Shown piece after piece: positions 11,445-23,370 of a DNA stretch of 64,000 nucleotides. The stretch is taken from assembly GCF_001194135.2 (NCBI RefSeq), contig NC_068985.1, positions 43,957,538 to 44,021,537 of the forward strand, given 5' to 3'. Both the position numbers and the translations under genes were made by a program. The notes under the pieces are model-generated. The model did no database searches and had not been told where the DNA came from. It saw nothing but the letters and a program-made list of their open reading frames with translations. Every line of letters starts with the position of its first letter. Within the stretch, counting starts at the first letter, position 1. The DNA is from Octopus bimaculoides (taxonomy: Eukaryota).

Positions 11445-11745
11445 TAGGGTATTCAGCTCATGATCTTAAGGTCATGAGTTTGATACTCAGTGGTGCAATG
11501 TGTCCTTGAGTAAGACACTTTATTTCACATTCCTCCAGTCAACTCAACTGGCAAGACTGAGCAGTACCTGTATTTCAAAGGGACAGTTTTGTCACATTCT
11601 GTGTCACACTAAATCTCCCTGAGAACTATGTTAAAGGTATGTGTGTCTGTGGAGTGCTCAGCCATTTGCACATTAATTTCACAAGCAGGCTGTTCAGTAT
11701 ATTGGATCAACTGGAACACTCATTGCAACTGACAAAGTGCCAGTT
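11445..11745 (+). mobile_element. SINE family C between family A fragments
   Basis: TTGAGTAAGACACTTTATTTCAC core and body shared with 18500-18887 and 24225-24530. Family A minus-strand pieces lie at about 11290-11440 and 11755-11910. Confidence 0.8.
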
Positions 11746-11934
11746 TTATATATATGACAGTCTTCTTTCAGTTTCTGTCCAGCAAATCCCCTCACAAGGA
11801 TTTGGTTGACCCAGGGCTATAGAAGATTCTTGCCCAAGGTATCATGCAGTGAAGCTGAATCTAGAACCGCGTGGTTGGGAAACAAACTTCTTACCATGCA
11901 GTCATGCCTGATGTCTTGTNNNNNNNNNNATATG

Positions 11935-11965
<31 letters not shown>

Positions 11966-11982
11966 ATGTATATGTATGTATG

Positions 11983-12040
<58 letters not shown>

Positions 12041-12189
12041 GTGATAATGATGATGGTGGCAGTAGTGACAACTATGATAATATAAATATCATTTAAGTAA
12101 TATACCAAAAACCAGTAAGAAGCGCTTATTAGTGGATAATAATAATAATAATAGGAGGAAGAAGAAGAAGAACAACAACAACACATCTT

Positions 12190-12470
12190 GTTCCCTTCTG
12201 ACCTAGATATCACTCAGAAAGAAGTCAAGAAAATTGTGAAGGTACAAGGATGTTGAACTAGAAATAATCAGGATGTGGGAGAGTAAAAGAAAAAAAAAAG
12301 CAACAAACAAAAAAGAAAACAAACCCAGTAATAATTTGGAGCAATGGGTTTCACAAGCATGAACAATAAACATAAAGATCCTATCAGGGTTTACAACTCT
12401 GCACACAGTTCAAAGGATTAACCCTATTAAGTACAGCTCACATCCTACACAAAATACTTCTAATTCCATA
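12190..12470 (+). mobile_element. R4/Dong-clade non-LTR retrotransposon remnant (restriction-like endonuclease end)
   Basis: Frameshifted translation PSDLDITQKEVKKIVK/YKDVELEIIRMW..GAMG..VQRI/LLSTAHILHKIL matches the motif P.D.NI..KE.EK..KY.DL..EI.RMW..GALG..LLGTAHILRKVL. Confidence 0.75.
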
Positions 12471-12857
12471 GCACTGGCTAGTCACGTATTGCATGATCTA
12501 TAGAGATTTTTAACGGACAGTAAAATGACACAGTGTATGTTCCTGGGTAATTTAGCACCCAACATTATGACGCAACCCTTACACTTCCATAACAACTCAT
12601 AAAACACATACTCTATATAAATCACTATCTGACACTCAAACGCACAACGCAACTCATATGTATACAAATATAATTGATAAACATGACTCACAACAAAGTA
12701 CATATTCTACACAGTTACCATATGCCAGTAAGGTATGTAACATAACACAACTTGTACATGTAGGAACACATGAAGATACCTGACAAAAGTATCATAACTT
12801 CACATCATGCATATTGTGGACAATCATCATTACCACCACCACTGCCATAATCATCAT

Positions 12858-12892
<35 letters not shown>

Positions 12893-13208
12893 ACAACAAC
12901 ATCTTCAGTGTTTTACATCTACTTTCCCATGTTGGCATGAGTTGGATGGTTTTCCTCATGTAATGGTTTGTGGCCAGATGCTCTTCATCGTGAATCGAAT
13001 GCCCTTCATGGTCAGATGCCAGTTGCCAATCCATCTAGTCACGTATTACGACATGCAGAAACATAGTGTACCTGTTCTAAAACTGGGATACGAACATTCA
13101 ATAAGTTTGCACACAAGAACCATCCAACAAAATAGCACAACTTACATTGCTAATACACTGCATAAAAGACAGACAAAACACTGCAATAAAACCAGGAACA
13201 AAACAAAT

Positions 13209-13258
13209 AAAACGAGGCTCTGGATTGAAAACGAGGCTCTGGAATGAAAACGAGGCTT
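13209..13258. repeat. 19-bp minisatellite running into a gap
   Basis: AAAACGAGGCTCTGGA(T/A)TG, 2.6 copies. Confidence 0.85.
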
Positions 13259-14304
13259 NNNNNNNNNNNNNNNNNNNNNNNNNNNNNNNNNNNNNNNNNN
13301 NNNNNNNNNNNNNNNNNNNNNNNNNNNNNNNNNNNNNNNNNNNNNNNNNNNNNNNNNNCGTCCAACCCATGCTTGCATGGAAAACGGACGTTAAACGATG
13401 ATGATGATTTCATTAATATCACCTTTTTTGGTAGTTTTATTGCAGCAAGATATAGAACACTCTTACAGTCAACCAACACACCTACCAGCTAATCACATTT
13501 GGTAGTGGATGTGATTGGTGTCAGTAGATATCAGAGGAACTGGTTAGTTTCTGCACGAAAATGCAAGAGACCCTTCAAGAACTCTTCTGTGAAATTATAT
13601 AAACCCATGATTTTAGCTCTGGACAGAGCCTGTTTTATAACTGGTCATTGTTATATAAAATATCTCTTTTCCACTTTGTGAAACTCTACTACTTCTTTAT
13701 CACAGTCACCAGACTGTGTTATATAAGATATCACACAAACCTCTTTTTTACTCACATAGAATCTATCTTCTAATCTTCTAACAATCTTGGACTCAACAGA
13801 CAGTATTACAGGGTCCATCAAACCAGTGCTATAGATCCCATCTTCAACTCTAAGAAACAGTTTTCCTGCACTACCATCAACCTCACTTTCACCATTATGA
13901 CTACTGCAATGTAGTCAATCTTTGCATGCCTTTAGAAAAGAACATACAATCTTTTGCTGTTGTAAATATTTTAGGTCAGTGGATTTGATAATCGTTCTTT
14001 GTACAATGAATAAAAATAAATTCACTTGTTTCCTACAATGACAACTTCAGAGTGATCATTAATTATTTTTCAGTGTCAAAAACCACAACATAAAGTAGCT
14101 ACTAAGAACTAAGGAGACATAACTATTGTGATTTAGCTATTTATGCAATACAGCAAGTCATCAACCACAAGACAGCAGACCTCTTTTGGGCCAAGGATCT
14201 TATGGTACCAGGCCACATAGAAAGCTTTAATTTTAAAATTGTATTTCTATTCTGTTGGTTACCACTGTCTACTGGGTATTTTGCATTATACATGTATTAT
14301 ATTG

Positions 14305-14515
14305 TTTTCAAATTTTGGCACAAGGCCAGCAATTTCAGGAGAGGGATTAAGTTGATTACATCAAACCCAGTGTTCAACTGGTACTTATTTTATCAACCCT
14401 GAAAGGATGAAAGGCAATGTTAACCTCTGTGGAATTTGAACTCAGAATGTAAAGAGGGCCGAAATGCTACTAAGCATTTTGCCTGTTGTGCTAACGATTT
14501 TGCCAGCTCACTGCC
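14305..14515 (-). mobile_element. SINE family B (old copy)
   Basis: Reverse complement of the family B head and core (GAAAGGATGAAAGGC..GAATTTGAACTCAGAA). Confidence 0.75.
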
Positions 14516-14718
14516 TTACATATTGGTAATANNNNNNNNNNNNNNNNNNNNNNNNNNNNNNNNNNNNNNNNNNNNNNNNNNNNNNNNNNNNNNNNNNNNN
14601 NNNNNNNNNNNNNNNNNNNNNNNNNNNNNNNNNNNNNNNNNNNNNNNNNNNNNNNNNNNNNNNNNNNNNNNNNNNNNNNNNNNNNNNNNNNNNNNNNNNN
14701 NNNNNNNNNNNNNNNNNN

Positions 14719-14737
14719 GGTTAGGGTTAGGGTTAGG
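14719..14737. repeat. Short (TTAGGG)n tract at a gap edge
   Basis: GGTTAGGGTTAGGGTTAGG immediately after the 14532-14718 gap. Confidence 0.8.
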
Positions 14738-14855
14738 TGGGGGTGTTGGTGGTGGCAGCAGTAAATAAAATAAGTTAGCTTTCCATTGTATTGAAGAGTG
14801 TAAAACAATTTGCCAATCTCAAAATTTCATGTTCTGTATGCAATTTGTATTTTAC

Positions 14856-14902
<47 letters not shown>

Positions 14903-15642
14903 TGCATGTATATGTATATATATGTGTATACATGTATATGTATGTCTATACATGTGTGTGTGTATGTGTGTGTGTGTGAGGCTAGTTTCCAAAGCAAAGC
15001 AGATTGATTTATCCTTTGAATTATGGCAGATAATAAGAGATGGATTCAGGCAAGCTATTCTGGTTTTTCCTATTGATTTCTTGCATTTTCTTAAATCAAA
15101 GGCACTATTACATGGCAAAGAAGTTTCCAGCAACATGAGATGATTTTCTTGGAGTTAAAAGAATATTGAAATTAATCTAAATAACATAAAAAGGGACAGG
15201 TGAGAAAATATCTTATTTTGATTTTTGTTTCTTTTCTCTTGTCTTTTTAACCTCTTTTCCTTTCTTGTGAAACATGTGGACCTCTGATACAATGGAAAGT
15301 TGTTTGAGCTATTTACATCACAGTCTATATTTTGTAGCTTCCTCTGCTCAAAATTGCCAATTTTTATTCTTCCTCTTTGGTGTTTTCTGATATAAGGAAC
15401 TGTATTTATAACATAAAGTGGTTACTACTAAGATAAAAACATGAGATGTCTTGAAGCTATATATGAAGAATGTAGAATTGCCAAACTCGACAATAAGAGA
15501 ATAGGAGCAACTTTAATAAAGAAGATATTAAATTAAAAGAAACCCTCAAGTGTTACAAGAAAAATGTTACATGATTGACAAAGCATAACTGGAAACTAAA
15601 ATATATTACTTGAGCCAAAAAGAAAATCTCAGCATAGTCATA

Positions 15643-16350
15643 GGCACAAGCATGACTGTGTAGTAAGAAGCTTGCTTCTCAACCACATGATCCTGGGTTC
15701 AGTCTCTTGTGAGGTACATTTGGGCAAATACCTTCTACTTTGGCTTCAGGCTGATGAAAGTCTAGTGAGTGGATTTCATAGACAGAAATTGAAAGAAACC
15801 TATTGTATATATTTATATCTAGAATAGGAAGGCTTTAGGCCACTAATGATCTAAACTAATAGGTATGCTGTCTGAGTACTCCAATTGATAATCTACTAGG
15901 ATCCAAGTTCACAATGAGAGCTGAAGTTGGAGATCTGTAGCCTACTTCTGAGTCAGTGGGTACAAATTAAAGGAAGAGTAAAACAAAATCAAGGCAGGAC
16001 AAGTTTATCAAATCAATTACATTATTTAAATTATTATAATGGTGAATCAAAGTAAGCAAGAGTGAATAATAATGTTTTCCAGTTACCTTTTATTTAAATC
16101 TATATTTATGTGTGTGTGTCTTTGTCAGTATTTGCCTCTTACCATCACTTGACAACTGGTGTTGGTGTGTGTACATCCCTATAACTGAGTGGTTCGGCAA
16201 AAGAGACCAATAGAATAAGTACCAGGTTTAAAACAACAAAAAAATAATGGGATCAATTCATTCAACTAAAAATTCTTCCAGCTGGTTCCCCAGCATCGCC
16301 GCAGTCTACTGACCAAAACACGTAAAAAATAAAAAAAAACGATAAAAAGA
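15643..16350 (+). mobile_element. SINE family A head (15643-15810) and tail (16105-16350), separated by other sequence
   Basis: Both parts match family A. Confidence 0.65.
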
Positions 16351-17964
16351 CATAGTAACTCATTTTAGTAGAAATATTAGCCAAATATCTCTTAAATCAC
16401 ACCCTGCTATATTAAAGATGGATGGATACCTTAGAGAATGTTGTTCTACCTAAACTCTGTCTGAAATTAAGATAAGGTTAATCACAGCGGGCACACCTTT
16501 CATCAGCTGTACCAGAAAATGATTGAGTGGTGGGGTTAAGGGCCACAACAACAGCAACACGAAATATTTTTCTTGCTTACCCTTTCTCTCTCTCTCTGCT
16601 CATGTTAATAATGTGTGTGTGTGTGTGTGTGTGTGCACGCACGCGTGCATGTGTGTTTGTGAATGTTTGTCTTTGCATGTCTAAAGAGCAAGAATAAACA
16701 CATGTTTATCAGTCAGACATACACTTGTAAACATCTTTCACAAGCACACACACACACACACTCTTGAGCTTGGTGACATATTTTTATTTGTCTCAATATA
16801 TTTGTTAGTCTGTATTTTTCATACCTGCACATCCATACACAAGTGTGTGCATGCACACATACACATACACACACACACATTCATACTATAAATAAGTTTG
16901 TGTGTGTGTGTGTACTTGTGTATGGGTCTTCATGCATGGAAATAAGGAGAAATACACAAGCGGCAGAACTACATATGCTCACATGCACACACACACACGC
17001 ACAAACTCACACACACACACAGAAAGACAGCAATGTACATACGATGTACATAAATGAGAAATTTGGAAGCAATTATAAAGATAAACATCTTTGTGTTGAG
17101 ATAAACTTCCATAATCTGAATTATTTAACATGATGGGGCACAGTGTCTGAGAGGCAATTGGATAGTAGTTATACATTAAAGGGCTGTTTTAATATATGTG
17201 TGGGTTCTGTGTAAGTGTATGCATTTGCATGTATGTCTGTTTGCATTTCGCTGTGTTGTGTGTCTGATGTGTGTGTGTGTGTATGTGTGTGTGTGTGTGG
17301 GTTTGTGTGTAGCTGTGTGTGTGTATTTATAAAGCATCTGTGTGCATTGACAGCCACTGCCACCATCATTGTTATTATCATCGCCACCACCAACCACCAC
17401 TGCCACCACCATCACTATAATTGCTAGTGTGATCCGATCAGATTTTCTATGATGTTAAATTATTTTCATTTTGCTCTCATTTCATTGATTGATTCCAAAG
17501 GCTTGTACTTACCCTTCTTCACTATTCCATCTCAACCCACACTCTATATCGTTAGAATAGGTGGTTGGTTACTCTCTACACCACCCACTATATTATTCAG
17601 TTTGCCTATGTTGATAGAATCTATCTTTATCATTAATATTTCCCCAATTAAACCATCATCAGTGGTAATAATATTCCCCTGATTCTCTGGACAACATGAA
17701 TCATATTAATATGATAGATAAATATCTATCTTCGTGGAAAGAAGCAGAGGGATAACTAGAACATCTAGAGCTTCTGTTTATGTTTTCAGACGTGTATTTG
17801 TGTGTCCTGTATGTTTCTGTACATATATAGCATCATCGTGTTACGACCTGGTGGCCATAACCCGAATTTACAAAATCAACGTGGCACATAAGAAGCACCA
17901 TCTGAACTGTGTTTTATAAAGCTAAAGTATTTAGCATCTAAATTTGGCAGTGAATTTGTCAGTG

Positions 17965-18037
17965 AGCAGTTTAGCTTAATGGTAAAGCACTCAGCCAGAA
18001 TCTTTGAGGGATATGGGTTCAAGTCCCATGGCTGGTT
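17965..18037 (+). pseudogene. tRNA-shaped element (tRNA pseudogene or head of a rare SINE)
   Basis: D stem GCTT/AAGC with a GG-containing loop; T stem ATGGG/CCCAT with loop TTCAAGT; anticodon stem CTCAG/CT(TT)GAG with loop CCAGAAT. The acceptor stem has one mismatch and two G-U pairs. Confidence 0.6.
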
Positions 18038-18119
18038 GACAAATTTCTCTGCCTTGTAAGGGTAATTTACCCAGTATTTCTGCTGTTCTAATGGCAATGT
18101 TACATTGGAAAAAAAATCT

Positions 18120-18320
18120 TCTTTTTATACACACACACATATATATATACATACATACAATGGGATTCTGCACAGTTTCTGTCGACCAAATTTATTTACA
18201 AGGCATTGGTTAGCTAAGGGCCATAATAGAAGTAGCTTGCTCAAGGTTGTACACAATGGGAATGAACCTGAAACCTTGCAGTTGCAAAGCAAGTTTCTTA
18301 ACCATACAGCCATGCCTGCA
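18120..18320 (-). mobile_element. SINE family A head
   Basis: Reverse complement match to family A. Confidence 0.75.
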
Positions 18321-18499
18321 ACAAACAGAAAGTTCTTTTTACATATTCTCTTTTGAAGTCTACAGAAATCCTGTGCTTATAAACCTATTATTATTTAGGG
18401 TTTAAGTAAATTGGATAAACTAATTTGCACATCAAACATATTTGGAAGATAATTTGATCACTAAATTAATAACATATTAACAGAGTACTATAACAATGT

Positions 18500-18887
18500 T
18501 GTTGTTGTTGGCACTCCGTCGCTTACGATGTCGAGGGTTCCAGTTGATCCGATCAACGGAACAGCCTGCTCGTGAAATTAACGTGCAAGTGGCTGAGCAT
18601 TCCACAGACATGTGTACCCTTAACGTTGTTCTCAGGGATATTCAGCATGACACAGTGTGACAAGGCTGGCCCTTTGAAATACAGGCACAACAGAAACAGG
18701 AAGAAAGAGTGAGAGAAAGTTGTGGTGAAAGAGTACAGCAGGGTTCGCCATCATCTCCTGCTGGAGCCTCGTGGAGCTTTAGGTGTTTTCGCTCAATAAA
18801 CACTCACAACACCCGGTCTGGGAATCGAAACCGCGGTTCTATGACTGCGAGTCTGCTGCTCTAACCACTGGGCCATTGTGTCTCCAC
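18500..18887 (-). mobile_element. SINE family C, young full-length copy, 13-bp TSD, (CAA)n tail
   Basis: ACTATAACAATGT at 18487-18499 and 18888-18900; many CpGs retained. Confidence 0.92.
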
Positions 18888-19239
18888 ACTATAACAATGT
18901 ATTACTATACAATTGACATCAGGATTGCTGGTGATGCTCCCAGTTAATATCTGAATATGAATGCTTCATCTGAATGTATTTTTATGTTGTGGAAAATTTT
19001 CTTTCTGACAATTTTTCTAATAGGAAATTCCTTACATGTCTATATAACATGTAAATTCCTATTTGAAAATGAAACGTTGGTAATGGAGAATAAATAATAC
19101 CAAAAAATTTCAATTTTCCTGTTTGTTTATCCAACAAGTCTGCAAATAATATTTTCATAAACCTTAATTTTGATGTTTGTTTTGATTTACATACACCAGT
19201 AATAATGGATACATATTGATTGTAATAATGGAATACGCA

Positions 19240-19580
19240 GATGTGCTTCAAGAGGAAACAGCTGGGATATCTTCTACTATAGCCCTGGGTCAGCAAGTTC
19301 CTTGTGATTGAATTTGGTAGACTGACAGTGTGTGGTGATCCATCAGATACATTTCATACACACACACGCACACACATAAATGTGTGTGCTTATGTTTGTC
19401 TCATCCATCACTTGACAACTGGTGCTGGTTTGTTTACATGTCTGTAACTTAGTGGTTCACCAAAAGTCATTGATAGAATAAGTACCAGATTTCAAAAAAT
19501 ATGTACTGAGGTCAGTTTGTTTGACTACACTTTTTTAGTGCAGTGCGCCGCCATGACTGAATTCCAATGACTGAAGCAAG
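19240..19580 (+). mobile_element. SINE family A (old copy)
   Basis: Middle and tail match (CACTTGACAACTGGTG..GATAGAATAAGTACCAG). Confidence 0.7.
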
Positions 19581-20097
19581 CAGAGGAAACTAAAAGAAGA
19601 TGCAAATCACACAATCCATTTTACTCAAGTTTTAATAATATGCGGACAGTAAGTGAGAGTACACAGTCAATGAAGAAACCCCAACACAGGACTGAAACTA
19701 GTTCAGGTGATCCCTTGTTTTTGTTTACAAAGATTTTTTATATAAAGACAATGTCTTTATATCAGTCTGTAGATACAATGTTGGTTAAAAACCTATGGAT
19801 ATAATGTGTAGTACATTATAACATTGAAACAAGACTCTGTTAATGCATCAGTGGTTTTCTTGTAGTTATCAATGCTTGACATTTCATTGAGACTTGTAGT
19901 CTACTCTCTACTTTCACATTCTTTTTCTATATTGTTCATCCTCCCACCCACCCACACACAAACGCACTTACCTATACATACAGACACTTGTGTGTGTGTG
20001 TGTGTATAAGAAAATAAGATGACAAAGGAATAAACAATTATTGTTTATTTGTATATATATCTAGCTATTTAAATGTCTATCTACATCTCTCTCTTTC

Positions 20098-20160
<63 letters not shown>

Positions 20161-21189
20161 ATGCATGTATGTATATTTATATATACATCTATCTGTCTTT
20201 CTCTCTTTGCACATATACATACATACTTATATATATTTAAAAAAAAGACACCAAACAGTACTTATACACACACACACACACATATATGTATGAAAGTACT
20301 ATTTTGATGTCATTTTCTAAAATGTTAATATAAACAAATGCACTGGTTATAGTTCACTTGTTTATTGTTAACTAATCCATTGATTATTGATTAGTTTGTT
20401 TGGTTTGTCAAAAAATATTTTCGTCACACATCTGTGACCTTTCCAACTGACTTCCTTTTCACAACTGATTATATTCTTTTTTATTTGTTACTTGTATGTT
20501 ACCAAGAATGTGCATGTATTATGTCAGTATATGTGTGTTTGTATATGTGCACAAATATGTGTGTATATGAAATTGGTTAGCTTTCATATGTATGTATGTA
20601 ATTAATGGTGTGTGTTTGTGTGCTATGTTTTTAGTTTTCAAGCTGGCTACTCTTCATATAAATTTTGTTTTTATATCTTAATTCTTCAGCTTGCTGTAAT
20701 TTAGTTGCAAGTTTCTTATGAAGTGAAGTTGTTTCTTCTTCATACCATTGGTTTTTCAGCTTCTTGTTAGTTTGATTATAGTTTGCAATATTTCATTTCG
20801 TATTTGCCTTGCAAAAATATTTCTATGAGAGCGCATTGTATTTTGTCTGACTATTTCTGCTAAAAATCACTCATGCATTGTTTATAGTTCACTACTTCAT
20901 TGTTATTTAATTCGTGTTGTTTGACTCTTGGATTCTGGGTCACCCTTCATCTAATGTTGACTAGTTGTATATTTGTGTTTTTCTTTTTCTCAATGCCAAG
21001 CACAGCATGTCACCTAGTTTAATACCATGCAAATGGTTCATGATTCACGAGTGGCTTTAGCAAAGTTGAATCTCTTTCAAGCATTCAAACCAAGCTTCCA
21101 GTTAATGGTTTCCATGAGCACCTTAGCCCTTTATAACTCTCCAATATACCAAAAACTAAAACTAGACCCACTAGACAATTCCCCTTCCT

Positions 21190-21745
21190 TTTTTCTAACA
21201 TTCAGGGGTTTCAATCCAGTCTAGGGCCTTACAGATCATCTCTTACTAATGCTCAAACACTACATCTATTCCTTTCCAAGTTGTACATCTCTCACTCCTT
21301 ATCTATACTCCATCTCTAGTGTCTAGGTAACATTCTTTACTCAAATGCTACTATGAAAGGTGATGTCTGTTCATATATTGATTCTTCTCTCTCTCTGCCA
21401 TTCACCTCTTTCACCTGGATATCAGCAATGAAAACAGTCTCCCTCCCTCATCTACTTTCACGTCTACACTCCAAACTCCTTCCGCCACTAATAACTCTTT
21501 AATCATACTTCTTACATGGAAGACATCTGTCTCACTTTATTCCTTTCTGAGGCAATCATCCTCTGTAACTTCAATGCTGAACTTATGTAACCAGTGAAAA
21601 AACATGATTTTATTCTTAGTCTTCAACTAGTTTCATTGGTATTATGTCTCCCTGACTGACACACTGACAGGCAAAACCCCTCCAAACTCAACCTCTATCA
21701 AACTGAAACTTTCTGCACCTAGAGGATTGTCTGATCACTGTTATA
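21190..21745 (+). mobile_element. Degraded CR1/L2-type LINE, APE endonuclease domain
   Basis: Ordered APE motif remnants: NI.G (about 21197), KGDVCSYI (21356), HVYTP (21459), IILCNFN resembling GDFN (21555) and SDH (21730). Confidence 0.65.
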
Positions 21746-22005
21746 TCATGACTACTGAATGCACATCTATGTATTGCATAACATACACTCACACCCTATT
21801 GCACATCCGGTCAGCCACCAAGTCAGTGCTCCACTAGTTCCGTATTTACAACCCATGCCAGCATGGAAAGCAGATATTAAATGATGATTATATCATCCCT
21901 TATTTTATATTTGTTTCACCCTTCATCTATCAGATCCTACATTGATATAAGAAAGTTTTTTTTATTGAACTTCCTATAGTTTATGGTTAATGGGTTAATC
22001 TAGGG

Positions 22006-22674
22006 TAGTGGTTCTCAGCCATTTTTTACCCATGGATCTCTTTGATTCTTATTTTATTTGGGTAGACCCTCATCTGCTTCACAACCACATGGTTCCAGGT
22101 TCAGTCCCACTGCGTGGCACCTTGGGCAAGTGTCCTCTACTATAGCCTCGAGCCGACCAAAGCTTTGTGAGTGGATTTGGTAGATAGAAACTGAAAGAAG
22201 TCTGTCTGTCTCTATATATTTATGTACATATATTTATGTGTGTGTGGCTTTGAGTCTGTGTTTGTCCCCACACCATTATTTGGCAACCGATGTTGGTGTG
22301 TTTATGTCCCTGTAACTTAGCAGTTCAGTAATAGTGACCAATAGAATAAGTATTAGGCTTACAAAGAACAAGTCCTGAAGTCGATTTGTTTGACTAAAAA
22401 CCCTTTATGGTGGTGCTCCAGCATGGCTGAAGTCTAATGACTGAAACAAGTAAAAGAAAAAAAGAATAAAAGAGTAAATACTTTTATAATTAAATATTAT
22501 TAGGAATTGTATAAAATAATTAAAAAAAATATTTTGTGTACTGTAGAAGTATAACCAATTTATTGCACATAAATTTTTATGATAAAATCTTATATGGACC
22601 CCCAAGGGTCATATGAACCCCCAAGGGTCATATGGACCCCCAAGGGTCATATGGACCCCAGTTGAGAACTACTG
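22006..22674. mobile_element. hAT (Charlie-like) non-autonomous element, 8-bp TSD, nested SINE
   Basis: TIRs TAGTGGTTCTCAGC and GTTGAGAACTACTG; ATCTAGGG at 21998-22005 and 22675-22682. Confidence 0.9.
22073..22470 (+). mobile_element. SINE family A nested in the hAT element
   Basis: Near full-length family A sequence between the hAT TIRs. Confidence 0.9.
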
Positions 22675-22699
22675 ATCTAGGGTAATACCTAAGCAGCTA

Positions 22700-23370
22700 A
22701 CTGCTGTGAAGTTAGTGATTAGTTATTTTAAGGTTGAAAATGCTAAACATATACACTATGTCTGTCCTTAATTTGTCTAAAGTGTGTCCATTTGTGCTTC
22801 TTTTTGCTAAAGCTAACCCATTGTCTCTATAAAGAGCAAAGTCTATTTTTGTGAATTTATTACTAAGTACATCTGAATTGAAAGTAGATCCATTACTTAC
22901 ATCACTATGAAACTTGTTACAGATTTTTTTTTTTGTTTTAGATGTAACCTGTATCATTTCTATATTGCATCTGTTTTCTTTTATTGTAGTTCTCAGTAAA
23001 TTATAATGCTTATGGAGTAGGAGCTTAGACATAAGAATAATTCAAGTCATATACTATTAGTGATATTACTACGCTAGCTAATGGCAGAGTTACTATAATG
23101 ATATTGTTATATGTGGTGATCTCCAAATATTGCCACCAAAATTATTTAAAAACCTAACTTATTAATCCTATCTCAGATTGTTACAAATACTAAGCATTTG
23201 GCTACAACATCCAGTCTACTGCCTAGTTGTAAGTTTTCCCTTACATTTTTCTCTTCACTGTTGTAGTTATATGTATGGGTTTTAGATTCCATGTAGTTTT
23301 GCTTAATATTATGGTTAAGCAGTTGTTGGTGTAGTGTCTTATCTATCCTGAATAGGCTTCTCATTTTGTC
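22700..23370 (-). mobile_element. Penelope-like element RT remnant
   Basis: Minus ORFs give ALYRDNGLA..NGHTLDKLRTDIVYMFSIFNLKIT, resembling the PLE YRDDGL catalytic motif, and LDVVAKCLVFVTI, resembling the upstream AFITIKDHK region. Confidence 0.7.

Noticed and set aside
14980-15143. Protein-like ORF tails on both strands
   Set aside because: The ORF starts lie in microsatellite and no motif is recognised.
20640-20800. Coiled-coil-like minus frame KKLKNQWYEEETTSLHKKLATKLQQAEEL
   Set aside because: No usable splice acceptor or start codon; likely a by-product of the T-rich plus strand or a decayed element.
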